Shown here: positions 1 to 10,720 of the stretch, piece by piece
Layout of the letters: each line of letters begins with the position of its first letter
Numbering within the stretch: the stretch's first letter is position 1
Origin: Podarcis gaigeae
Taxonomy: Eukaryota
Reading direction: 5' to 3' (one strand)
Length of the DNA: 64,000 nucleotides
Assembly (NCBI GenBank): GCA_964106915.2
Contig: OZ066926.1
Translations under genes and position numbers: made by a program
Notes under the pieces: generated by a model
Told to the model about the DNA's origin: nothing
Databases searched by the model: none
What the model saw: the letters and a program-made list of their open reading frames with translations, nothing else

Positions 1-3000
1 GCGAGGGAGGCGCCTGCAGGGGCTCTGTATCTTGTGCCGCCCGAGGCAGCTGCTTCTCCCCACCTGGGCCTGTGATCCCAGGAGAAACTCATGCAGTTCT
101 GAGAAGCTTTCCTAGTTAACTATTAGAGAATCAGGGAGAACATGTGGTTGGCATCAAATAAACCTTTCTTCATGTGTTGGTAACGGTCGTCTTGTTGAAA
201 GGAGAATGTTTACAGAAAGAATTTCCAGGCATAGCACTGACTTGTGAAGAATCTGAGAATGCTGAACAAATGCAACTATAGAGCATTAAGCTTCCTGTCT
301 TGTTTGGGCTAAAATCTGGGAAATATATATTCTTAACTGAATTTATTAAATGTATAGGGAGGGGGAGGTCAAAGGAAGTACTCTCTTATTGTTTTCTGTC
401 TTTTTGTTTGTGTGTAGATTATGGAGTACAACTACTGTCTTGAATTCCAGGAATTGCATCACAGGTTGTTTATTTCACTGTTAAAATACGAAAACCTTAA
501 ATCGCTCGTTTAACTTTTAGTCACTTTATAGCAAACCTTAAATCACTTGAAACAACTGAGTGCTGTGTTTCGTTCTAAACTTTCTATGAGATAAAAGATG
601 GCTATAGTGAGAGTTAAAGTGAGATGTTAAAAAGTGTGTGTTTGGGGGGAAGGTTTTCTGAAATTGGTTCATATTGCTTTTTTTTTTGTATAATTGTTGG
701 TTAAGAGCGTTAACCATTACTATCTTTCAGTGAAAAGTTTGAACTCATTCATGTGTTAGCAATCCCAAAATTTGTTACCCCAAAATGGAAATGGATAGTG
801 AAAAAGTACATAAAAAGGTGAACAGAAATAAGGTGGAATGTAAATATTCACATGTATTGTGAAAAGGTATGCAAATCGTTACTCAATTGTTCTACAACTA
901 TTTGTATCACAGCTGTCCTGTACTTGTTGCAAAGTGTGTTCTAGGTCTTATAAGCCAACATGGCACCCCCTGCCCCAGATGTTGCTAGGCTGCATCTCCT
1001 GCGTCTCTGATATTGTCCATGCCGGCTGGGGGGTGATGGGAGCTGTGCCCTCCAGGTGCTGTTGGTGGGGGCTGCCCCTCTCTGAGATTGTCTCATATTC
1101 TAGTTCCAAGCTTCAAAGGAGTAGTGTCTGCCATTTTGTAGCACAAAGTCATCATGCACTCACAAGTCAGTCACCCCCTTGAACTGGCAGACTTGGGAAT
1201 ACTGAGGTCTGCAGAAAGTGCTTTGGGGGGGGGGGGCGGGGAGGTTGGGAAGCAGGAGGTGGGAGCTTGAGTGCCGCAAAGTGAATGGGGAATAGTTCCT
1301 TTTGAGAATTTTTTCTTGTAGTAAGCTAATAACGACAGCAACAACAAATGTGAATGTTTGTTCCTTAAGCAGGGTTACCTTTTCATTTCCTAGGAGAAGA
1401 AGTGTAAGAGCTCAGGAGACATATTTTGAAATGTGTGTTTCCACTTTCTCCCTGACTCTGCCTCGCTACAGTTCCCCCTTGTGACCTTAGATGTGCACAA
1501 CCTGAGACCTGAACATCTACTTGTGTGGGGTTTATATACTGGTGGATATGTGCTGTGAGTGGCTTTTGAGTTGCATCATACTCTATGTTCTGATGTTTCA
1601 GTGTGGGTGGAATAGTAGGGGATGATGAGGCAGATCATTTTTATTTGTTTTCCTCTTACATTATGCTCAATAGGAGGGAAATTGCTTCCACCATCCCAGA
1701 CCTGATGGGTGTGTCCATGGAATGAAGAAGTTTAGGATTTGGCATAGCCAAGCCACACCCCAAACTCATGTGCTCCTCCTCCTGCTGTAATTTTACCAGT
1801 GGTGGAGTTTTCTGCTGGTGTTTCAGGTGAGTTTCACTGGCCTTGGTGTCATCCTGGTGGCATAATGCCATTTCTGCTTGTGGAGTGGGGCTGAATACAT
1901 GGTAGCTGAAATGTCAAAGGAGTTTGCAAAAGAGTGTGTTAAGTTTTGAACTGTGTGGTTTCTATACGCAAAGCTGCACTTCAGCCTGGGAGATTTCTGC
2001 AATGCAATCTTGGCCACACCGTTCATGGGAGATCATGGGAAATCTGGAGCGGGAGAAGCTTTTATTACAAATTCAAGAAAATACACCCACTCTCAGTTTC
2101 AGATTGTCCATTATGTTGGGGAAACATTTCAGACTTAGTGCAAGTAATGTTTCTTTTTGTATCATGTAAAAACTGTGAAATGACCTTGATTCCCATGCCA
2201 CATTCTGACATTTCACGCCAGTTCATGAAAATACCCCCCTAAATACCAATGTTCTTATCTATATGAACAAAACTTACTTTTTGTCTTCAGAAAAACCTTC
2301 ATAATTTTGATTACTTTTACCCACACATTTCACAGCTTGGTATGGCAGCATTAATCCTATAACACTGCCTTTTCCATCACATTAATAAAGAACAATAAGT
2401 TTCCTGAACAATTTTTAAAATGACTTATTTGCGTATTTACACACTTGTGAGTTTAGATTCCGGTCTGAACTGATAAGGCTGAACATGTTGCATTAGCACC
2501 AAAGGGGTCTTTTTTGGTTCAGCAGCTGTGGATATATTTGTCCAGGTGTGACAGAATTCTTTAGAAGTTGGACGTACTCAGCGAAGCAATTAAAAGGTGG
2601 GTGGGTGTGAAATCAAGGATAAAGAGCTCTCATGCCTAATTGAGATGATCAACCAAATACTGGTGTGTTCTTTCCTTTCGTCCTTAATGGAAGGTCAGCT
2701 TCAAAGATGTGGGCACCGAGAAAATGTTAAGAGTGTGGAATCTACTAATTTAAAACTTTTCAGCAGTTGGAAAATGGTAATCAAATACAACAAAGCATTG
2801 TCACTGTGAAGTCCATAATAGTTTCTGTGACGGGGGTGGGGTATCATAAGTTGTAATGGCAGGAATGAATCTTGCTTTGCTTTCAAATTATATCTGTTTC
2901 TAATTCTCAGGTTGGCACATCCCTGGAGGATATGCAGCCACCCTGATTCAGATAGAATTGGAAACCATACTTTGTGGAGGTATCCAGACAGGGGCAGTGC

Positions 3001-3369
3001 ATCCTGTTTCACCACTTGAGGGGAAGCAGAAAATGCTGCCTTACCCTGCCATCCCCCACCTGCTCCTACTGCAGCCTGCTCTGCCCCTGCTGTGCACCCT
3101 GCTGCATTTGCTCCTGGCAGAGAAGCACCACCACCACTGGAGCCCATCTGGGGTGAGATCTTACCTCAGATAGACACGATCCTGCCCAAAATTGGCTCCA
3201 ATGCTCTACTGATGGTGGAGGTGTTGGGGCAGGTGGGACACCCACAGGTATGCAGCCTCACCTTGCTTAATGTATCCTGAACACTGTTCCATTTGTGCTG
3301 GATTACTTGTGGTTTTTGGATTCTGATGATATGGACAAGCTGCTTGCAGGATTAGAGCTAACCACCTGT

Positions 3370-3780
3370 TCGCTTGACCCTTGTCCACCTGGGCTTCTTA
3401 GAACTAGCTGAAGGGGATTGACTGGGTCAGTCATTGCCTTGGGGGAGATACCACCTGCCTTAAAGGAGGTAAAGGTGTGCCCTTTCCTTAAGAGGACTTC
3501 CCTGGCCCCAGAATAATATTCTCCAGTGACAAATATCCTGTGGCAGAAAGTGTTCAGGAAGCCCAACTTCAGGCTTGTTCGAAAGAAGCGGATTATCTGC
3601 ACCCATTTCAGTCTGGTTTCAGGCCCCATCATGACGCTGAAACTGCCTTGGTTGATGACATTTGTTGGGGAGCAGGTGGGGAGCGTGTGACCCTGTTCAT
3701 TACCCCTGTCCTTTCTGCTGCTTTTGTTATTGTCAGTGGTATTTTTCTGGAGTGGCTCTGGGAAGTGGGAGTTGTTAAAT
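3370..3780 (+). mobile_element. Degenerate L2-clade LINE RT fragment
   Basis: Translates to YLHPFQSGFRPHHDAETAL, homologous to LDPFQSGFRPGFGTETAL in the L2 at ~59000; boundaries approximate. Confidence 0.7.
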
Positions 3781-4240
3781 AGATGCCTCTTCTGCGTACA
3801 CAGCCTTTAGGAATAAGGAATTACAGGAGGTGTTGGGGGCAGTCAGGCTCTCAGAGCCACTCAGGAAAGATTCACTGTTCTGTTAAGCCCTGAGGTTTAA
3901 GAATGCCCTGCAGGAGCTTCTGGAGAAAATTGAAATTTCCTACCATGAATTTCTGTTCCGAGTCTCCTATCAGGGTGTTCCACCCACCTCTTCTTCTTAA
4001 GCCACCAGGACATAAGTTGCTGCTGCTAATCAAATTTATTCTGCCAGCACCACATGTCAGGGAAACTGATAGGAATGCCTGCAGTTAATTATCTTCTTTT
4101 GCCTCATTACTTAATGTTTCTTAATTAATTGTTAATATTAGACTTATTCAGAATAGTGCATAGGTTTTGTTTTTAGTTTGAGGTCAAGGTCAGGCCAGTC
4201 TGGGAATTAAGGTGTCCCTTTCTCTTGGAAACACAGAGGT

Positions 4241-4470
4241 CATGGGTAGGCAAACTAAGGCCCGGGCGCCAGATCCGGCCCAATAGCCTTCTAAATCTGG
4301 CCTGTGGATGGTCCGGGAATCAGTGTGTTTTTACATGAGTAAAATGTGTCCTTTTATTTAAAATGCATCTCTGTGTTATTTGTGGGGCCTGCTTGCTGTT
4401 TTTACATGAGTAGAATGTGTGCTTTTATTTAAAATGCATTTCTGGGTTATTTGTGGGGCATAGGAATTTG
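4241..4470 (+). mobile_element. hAT-type MITE, one end missing, with internal ~73-bp duplication
   Basis: Begins CATGGGTAGGCAAACTAAGGCCC, same family as 4994 and 18808. Confidence 0.75.
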
Positions 4471-4993
4471 AGCTTGTGCATTAAGCGGCCATTTCTTCTT
4501 TTGAGTGTTCCCAAAATCAGATTCCTGCTCGTGAATGTGAATTCACTGGTTCGTACCTAGTGTCAGTATAGTAACTTGTATTAAAATGTGCTTGATCGTC
4601 CCTTGCATTCAAGACTGCTTGCCAGCGGAGGCCAGGTACCTCCTGACGAGAAAGAGTCAAGGGTTAACATGTCCCTGCCTTCCAGAGGTGTGTAGTCTCG
4701 TTGCCAAGGCCCTTAAGGCACACTGGACCCAAGCTGAGGCGTTTCTCCGATAACAACATCCGATTTTGTTTGTTCGTATTCCCAAGGAGGGAGCATTTCA
4801 TCCGAAGAATGTCCTGACATCATAAGAGCAAGGGTTGGGTCACCTGTTGTGGCAAAGGATTTGGGAGTCAGAATACAGTTATGTCTTAAGTGAAAACCAG
4901 CTACAGCTTGGGTCAACCTACATAGCAATTTTGGTTCCCTTAAAACAGTGCTGCTTTTGAGGTACGTGAAATAAACGTGGAGATCACCTATCC

Positions 4994-5249
4994 CAGGGGT
5001 AGGCAACCTAAGGCCCGGGGACCGGATGCGGCCCAGTCGCCTTCTCAATCCGGCCCATGGACCGTCCAAGAATCAGCGTGTTTTTACATGCGTAGAATGT
5101 GTCCTTTTATTTAAAATGCATCTCTAGGTTATTTGTGGGGTATCGGAATCTGTTAATTCCCCCCCCAAAAAAATAATAATAATCCGGCCCACCATATGGT
5201 CTGAGGGATGGTGGACCGGCCCATGGCTGAAAAAGGTTGCAGACCCCTG
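4994..5249 (+). mobile_element. hAT (Charlie-like) MITE
   Basis: TIRs CAGGGGTAGGCAACCT / AGGTTGCAGACCCCTG; degenerate 8-bp TA-centred flanks (acctatcc / ccctaaac). Confidence 0.85.
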
Positions 5250-6744
5250 CCCTAAACCATGTGAGGCAGGGTACCTGACGGGCTGCTTGCTCCTGACCAG
5301 TTAATTTAATATCTTCCTTTTGTGCTCTCACATTCAGAGATAGCACCTTCTTTTGGGAACCCCCCATATTTGTTCAGCTGGTGCCAACTGTTTTGTTCCC
5401 TGGAACATTAATTGGCTGTTGTTGTGATTGACTAATTAAACCCTGATGCTGTTTTAATCTGCTGTTTTTGTTGCACCTCTCAGTATTAGACTATTGCGTA
5501 GCATATTGCTTTTAAGTAATGTTTTGTAAGCTGCCTTTAAGAACTGTGGCTGGAAGACGGAGTCACATAAATAACATAAACTGCAAAATACACCCCACTC
5601 CTAAATCTCAGCCCTTGTGTTTGTTGTTTGAAACAGCACAGCTTTGAAGCAGCAGAAGAGATGGAAAATAAGTTTCTTCTGAAAATGTGGTCAGATGACA
5701 GAAAAAGTGAACTTTGAGTAGAATTGTTCTAATTTTTTTGTTCTGAGCTGCTTAAAGTGTCCTATCCAGAATATTGTCATAGTAGCTGCAAGAGTTAAAG
5801 GCATACACCTTCATTCTTCTAATATTATGACCCATTTTAGCCTCTCAGCCACTGTTCCCTACAGAACAAAGAAGAATTGTTTAGGGCTTTTGTTAGAAAT
5901 ACTCAGCCCTTGCTGGAGTTGTCAAAGTTTTCTTTTGGTAATGAATGACCCTGAATTGCATGCTGTAATTAAATCTGTATGTAGCCTAGTGGGGAAAACT
6001 GGCTGAAATGCTCATTTGTTGCAGCGACAGTCTTTTCACATAGATGTTATGTTGGTAGAAAGAGGCACCTAAAACCCTTTTTTGCCGGGGGTGGGGAGGA
6101 GGTTTTTTTTTACCGATAAGCACTTTCTGCTGACTTTGCACAAATGTTTAAAGTACCCCCAATGGATGTTAGTTGTGGGAGGCCAGACCAGTCCACTACC
6201 CTAGAGGGTGGGCAGATAAAGGACGTCAGAGGGCGAATTTCAGGCAGTGATGCATCTTACTCCCAACTGCATAGGATTTGCAGCTTCACATGATCTTTTT
6301 AATTTTTTCTTACGTTGATGCCAGCCAACATAAGAAAGTTAAAGTTAAAAGCGTTTCGCATTTATTAACAACACCATCATCACCATCAATGCACAGGGTT
6401 CTTTTATGACATCTTAATAAACAAGGTCTCTTCTCCCAAGAAGCTAGGTGTGACGCTGGCAGACTGATGTGTTGGTCTGCCAGCCAAATGTCAGGTCTGC
6501 TGCTAAATTTCTATAAAGCAGAAATGGAAAAGTGGTGTTACCTTAAAGGGGCGGGAGGAAAGTTCTTAAGCTCCTCTTGCCTGTTCCCCTTGCAGCAGAG
6601 GTTCTTCTCATCTTGAAGCCTTATTGAGGGAAAACAATTTAAACAAATTTGGAGATGGAAGCAGAAGTAGATAGTGGGTTCAGTGTATCTAGTCTAATGC
6701 ACAATAAAGGTTGGAAGGCCATCTGTCATTGATACTTTAGTTGA

Positions 6745-6816
6745 GATTCCTGCATTGCAGGGGGTTGGAGTAGATGACCCCCAGGGTCCCTTCCAACTCT
6801 GCACTTATATGATTCT
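6745..6816 (+). mobile_element. CR1 LINE 3' terminal fragment
   Basis: ttcctgcattgcagggggttgga...cccttccaactct...tgattct; similar stubs at ~16877-16950, ~49744-49825 and ~52281-52330. Confidence 0.8.
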
Positions 6817-6943
6817 GGAAAATCACAACTTGCCTCTTCAAGAGTAACTTAACAGCCAGCCTGATTCTGACATGCATATTTATTTAATTTATTTATTTTG
6901 CTGTTGTTTTTCCTGTGAAGCGTCTCGAGGCAATTTCACAATA

Positions 6944-8196
6944 CAGTGGTACCTCGGGTTAAGTACTTAATTCCTCTTCATCCTGGAGAAGAGTGACTAG
7001 TGGGGTGCCACAGGGTTCTATCTTGGGCCGGGTCTTATTCAACATCTTTATCAACGACTTGGATGATGGACTCAAGGGCATCCTGATCAAATTTGCAGAT
7101 GACACCAAACTGGGAGGGGTGGCTAACACCCCAGAGGACAGGATCCCACTTCAAAATGACCTTGACAGATTAGAGAACTGGGCCAAAACAAACAAGATGA
7201 ATTTTAACAGGGAGAAATGTAAAGTATTGCACTTGGGCAAAAAAAAATGAGAGGCACAAATACAAGATGGGTGACACCTGGCTTGAGAGAAGTACGTATG
7301 AAAAGGATCTAGGAGTCATGACAAACTTGACATGAGCCAACAGTGTGACGCAGCAGCTAAAAAAGCCAATGCAATTCTGGGCTGCATCAATAGGAGTATA
7401 GCATCAAGATCAAGGGAAGTAATAGTGCCACTGTATTCTGCTCTGGTCAGACCTCACCTGGAGTCAGACCTCACCTGGAGTACTGTGTCCAGTTCTGGGC
7501 ACCACAGTTCAAGAAGGACACTGACAAACTGGAACGTGTCCAGAGGAGGGCAACCAAAATGGTCAAAGGCCTGGAAACGATGCCTTATGAGGAATGACTA
7601 AGGGAGCTGGGCATGTTTAGCCTGGAGAAGAGGAGGTTAAGGGGTGATATGATAGCCATGTTCAAATATATAAAAGGATGTCACATAGAGGAGGGAGAAA
7701 GGTTGTTTTCTGCTGCTCCAGAGAATCGGACACTGAGCAATGGATCCAAACTACAAGAAAGAAGATTCCACCTAAACATTAGGAAGAACTTCCTGACAGT
7801 AAGAGCTGTTCGACAGTGGAATTTGCTGCCAAGGAGTGTGGTGGAGTCTCCTTCTTTGGAGGTCTTTAAGCAGAGGCTTGACAACCATATGTCAGGAGTG
7901 CTCTGATGGTGTTTCCTGCTTGGCAGCGGGTTGGACTCGATGGCCCTTGGGGTCTCTTCCAACTCTATGATTCTATGATTCTCATTCGTTCCAGAGGTCC
8001 GTTCTGAACCTGAAACTGTTCTAAACCTGAAGCACCACTTTAGCTAATGGGGCCTTCTGCTGCTGCGCCACCGGAGCCCGATTTCTGTTCTCATCCTGAA
8101 GCAAAGTTCTTAACCTGAAGCACTATTTCTGGGTTAACGGAGTCTGTAACCTGAAGCGTCTGTAACCTGAAGCGTATGTTACCCGAGGTACCACTG
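6944..8196 (+). mobile_element. pogo/Tigger-like MITE family A, split by a CR1 insertion
   Basis: TA-CAGTGGTACCTCGGGT...ACCCGAGGTACCACTG-TA; the halves join into the same ~220-240 bp unit as 25349 and 62119. Confidence 0.9.
6973..7982 (+). mobile_element. 5'-truncated CR1 LINE (RT C-terminus and 3' UTR)
   Basis: [19 protein letters not shown] and [10 protein letters not shown] motifs; frameshifts and a 17-bp tandem duplication at ~7447-7480; (ATTCTATG)n tail. Confidence 0.95.
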
Positions 8197-9306
8197 TATA
8201 GTAAAAACATGTATAAAATAACAGCTATATAAAAGCAGTTAAAGCAAATATATGAAAACAATTTCAGATCCAGTACTGATACTGACTTGCAAATCTCCCT
8301 GGCTAGTCTGGCCATGAAGGAGAGTTCTGGACAACAATGGGTGGCTGCGAGTCCATAGTCCAGGGCAGCCTCCGATGAAGCACTTCTTTGTCTCCTGTGA
8401 AAAACAAAGTTGTTTTAAAGCAGTCACAAATAGTAGTAGCGATCCTGCTGCAACATGCTCTTTTCTTTTTTGTAAAGGGAACATTTATTGATAGATACTA
8501 TGTAAATGTAAATGTGACAAGGTGATTAAAAATAATGCGCAAATTGCTGGAAAAAACTGCATTTCTCTGGATCGCATCAAAGTTAAACACACCGATTTTC
8601 TCAGCGCAAATGTTATTTGGCGTTCACTTCTGATTACAAGAGCCTTCTGAAGAAGAAATGACAAGACAATTACAGGGCTTGAGTTATTTTTCAGCGTCAG
8701 CAGAAAAGCAAAGGTGTTATAACATGAAGCCTGCCCTTTGGGCACAGCTAGCACAGAAGTAGGTGTGTCTTGTAAGCTCTGTTTTAGCAGTGTATTTTAA
8801 AGGAAATCGCAATCTGACATTAAGGCAAAATAGCAGACGTTTCAAAACCTCATTTTCTTTGCTAGAGGTACTGGCTCTGATCCATCTCTAATTATAGACG
8901 ATCCCTATAGCCCAATAACCATATAACCCTATTAACTTGGAAATAAGCTCTGTGGCATTCAATGAAACTCCATCCAGTGGAGGTGTGCATAGGATTATAG
9001 CTTTAGTTTGCCCTCCTCAGCAGAGACACACATTACTAGTCGCATCAAAGGAGCACGTAGCCAGCTTGTAGCCTTAATAGCATGTTCATGCAAATACAGC
9101 TCCCATTAGCCACACGAGGAATTATTGCTGGATCATGGTGATTGTATTTTTAAACAGAGAGAGCTAGTATTTTTAGGATGCCAGTCTCAAATTATTCCTG
9201 GCATTATTTGGTACTATAACCAAATCACTGTTATTACTTGTTTGCATATGGTCGCACTGTTGGCACTCTGTGATCAACTGTCACTATGGTACTTCTCCCT
9301 GGAGAC

Positions 9307-9443
9307 CAGGGATGGAGAACCTGTCTTCCTCCAGATGTCGCCAGACTCCCCTCCCCTCAGCCCCAGCCAGCATGGCCAGCAGTCAGAGAAGATGGGAGTT
9401 GGAGTGCAGTGACCCCTGGAGGGCCACAGGTTCTCCATCTCTG
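9307..9443. mobile_element. Short hAT-type MITE
   Basis: TIRs CAGGGATGGAGAACCTGT / ACAGGTTCTCCATCTCTG; older relatives at ~955-1075, ~23300-23410 and ~36015-36162. Confidence 0.75.
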
Positions 9444-9503
9444 TTCTCCACTGTGGGGCAAATGGTATAATAATGCTTGTTTAGCTGCATGTAATGTTAA
9501 CTC

Positions 9504-9847
9504 TTGAGAGTCCCATGGACTGCAAGAAGAACAAACCGATCTATTCTTAAGGAAATCAGCCCTGAGTGCTCACTGGAAGGACAGATCCTGCAGCTGAGGC
9601 TCCAATACTTTGGCCACCTCATGAGAAGAGACGACTCCCTGGAAAAGACCCTGATGTTGGGAAAGATGGAGGGCACAAGGAGAAGGGGATGACAGAGGAT
9701 GAGATGGTTGGACAGTGTCTTCGAAGCTACAAACATGAGTCTGACCAAATTGCAGGAGGCAGTGGAAGACAGAAGTGGCTGGCGTGCTCTGGTCCAGGGG
9801 GTCACAAAGAGTCGGATACAACTAAACGACTAAACAACAACAACAAC
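9504..9847 (+). mobile_element. RTE-BovB LINE 3' fragment
   Basis: LRVPWTARR...LQYFGHLMRR..SLEKTLMLGK motif, (CAA)n tail, 11-bp TSD aatgttaactc (9493-9503 / 9848-9858). Confidence 0.95.
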
Positions 9848-10720
9848 AATGTTAACTCAGTGACTGCTTCTTCACTCTAAAGAGGCAATTTCTATGGTAA
9901 AGCTGGAAGGAAGGAAGAGCACTTAGAACTACAGATCTAAATATAAATAAAGATCTAAAAGTGTTTGAGATCCATGCTCTTTTTGAGGCAGAGGAGAAAT
10001 GGTGGGGAAGTTACAAATTGCCACCTCCCAAGGTTGCTTTAGAACTGAGAAGTGACTAATCTGTTAATGTTCAACACAAAGCAGAGTTCCGCTTGCACCT
10101 TCTTCTTTCCAAAGACATGTGCTATCCATGTGAGGGAGGATATATTGTCTTTGGCAGAAGATTTTAGAATGGCAGGTCTGCAGCTTTATTACAGTAGGCA
10201 ATGGACATTATCCTCCTTTTTAGAGTCACTTTCACTTTGGCAAAACAGCCATGTGTTTTTATTCTGTCTGAATACGCAGTACAGTGGTACCTTGGTTCTC
10301 AAATGCCTTGGTACTCAAACAACTTGGAATCCAAACACTGCAAACCTGGAAGTAAGTGTTCCGGTTTGCAAACTTTTTTTGGAAGCCGAATGTGCTCTAT
10401 TTTTAGTGTTACACTTCCGTTTTGAGTGTTACTCTGAGGTTTATCTGTTCTTGCTATTTTTTTGCATTTTTGTTTTGCGGCTTTTTTTGTGACTCTGTGG
10501 AACCCAGTTTAGCTACTGATTGATTGATTGATTGATTGATGGTGTGACTGCAGGACATTGTTTATTGCTTTCATTTTATGGATCAATGGTTTCGTTAGCT
10601 AGTAAAATTCATGTTGAATTGCTGTTTTAGGGGTTGCTTTTAAAAGTCCAGAATGGATTAATCCATTTTGCATTACTTTCTATGGGAAAGTGCACCTTGG
10701 TTTTGGAACGCTTTGGTTTT

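Noticed and set aside
8000-8196. CRISPR-like array of AACCTGAAG repeats
   Set aside because: Short, irregularly spaced subterminal repeats of a eukaryotic MITE; no cas genes.
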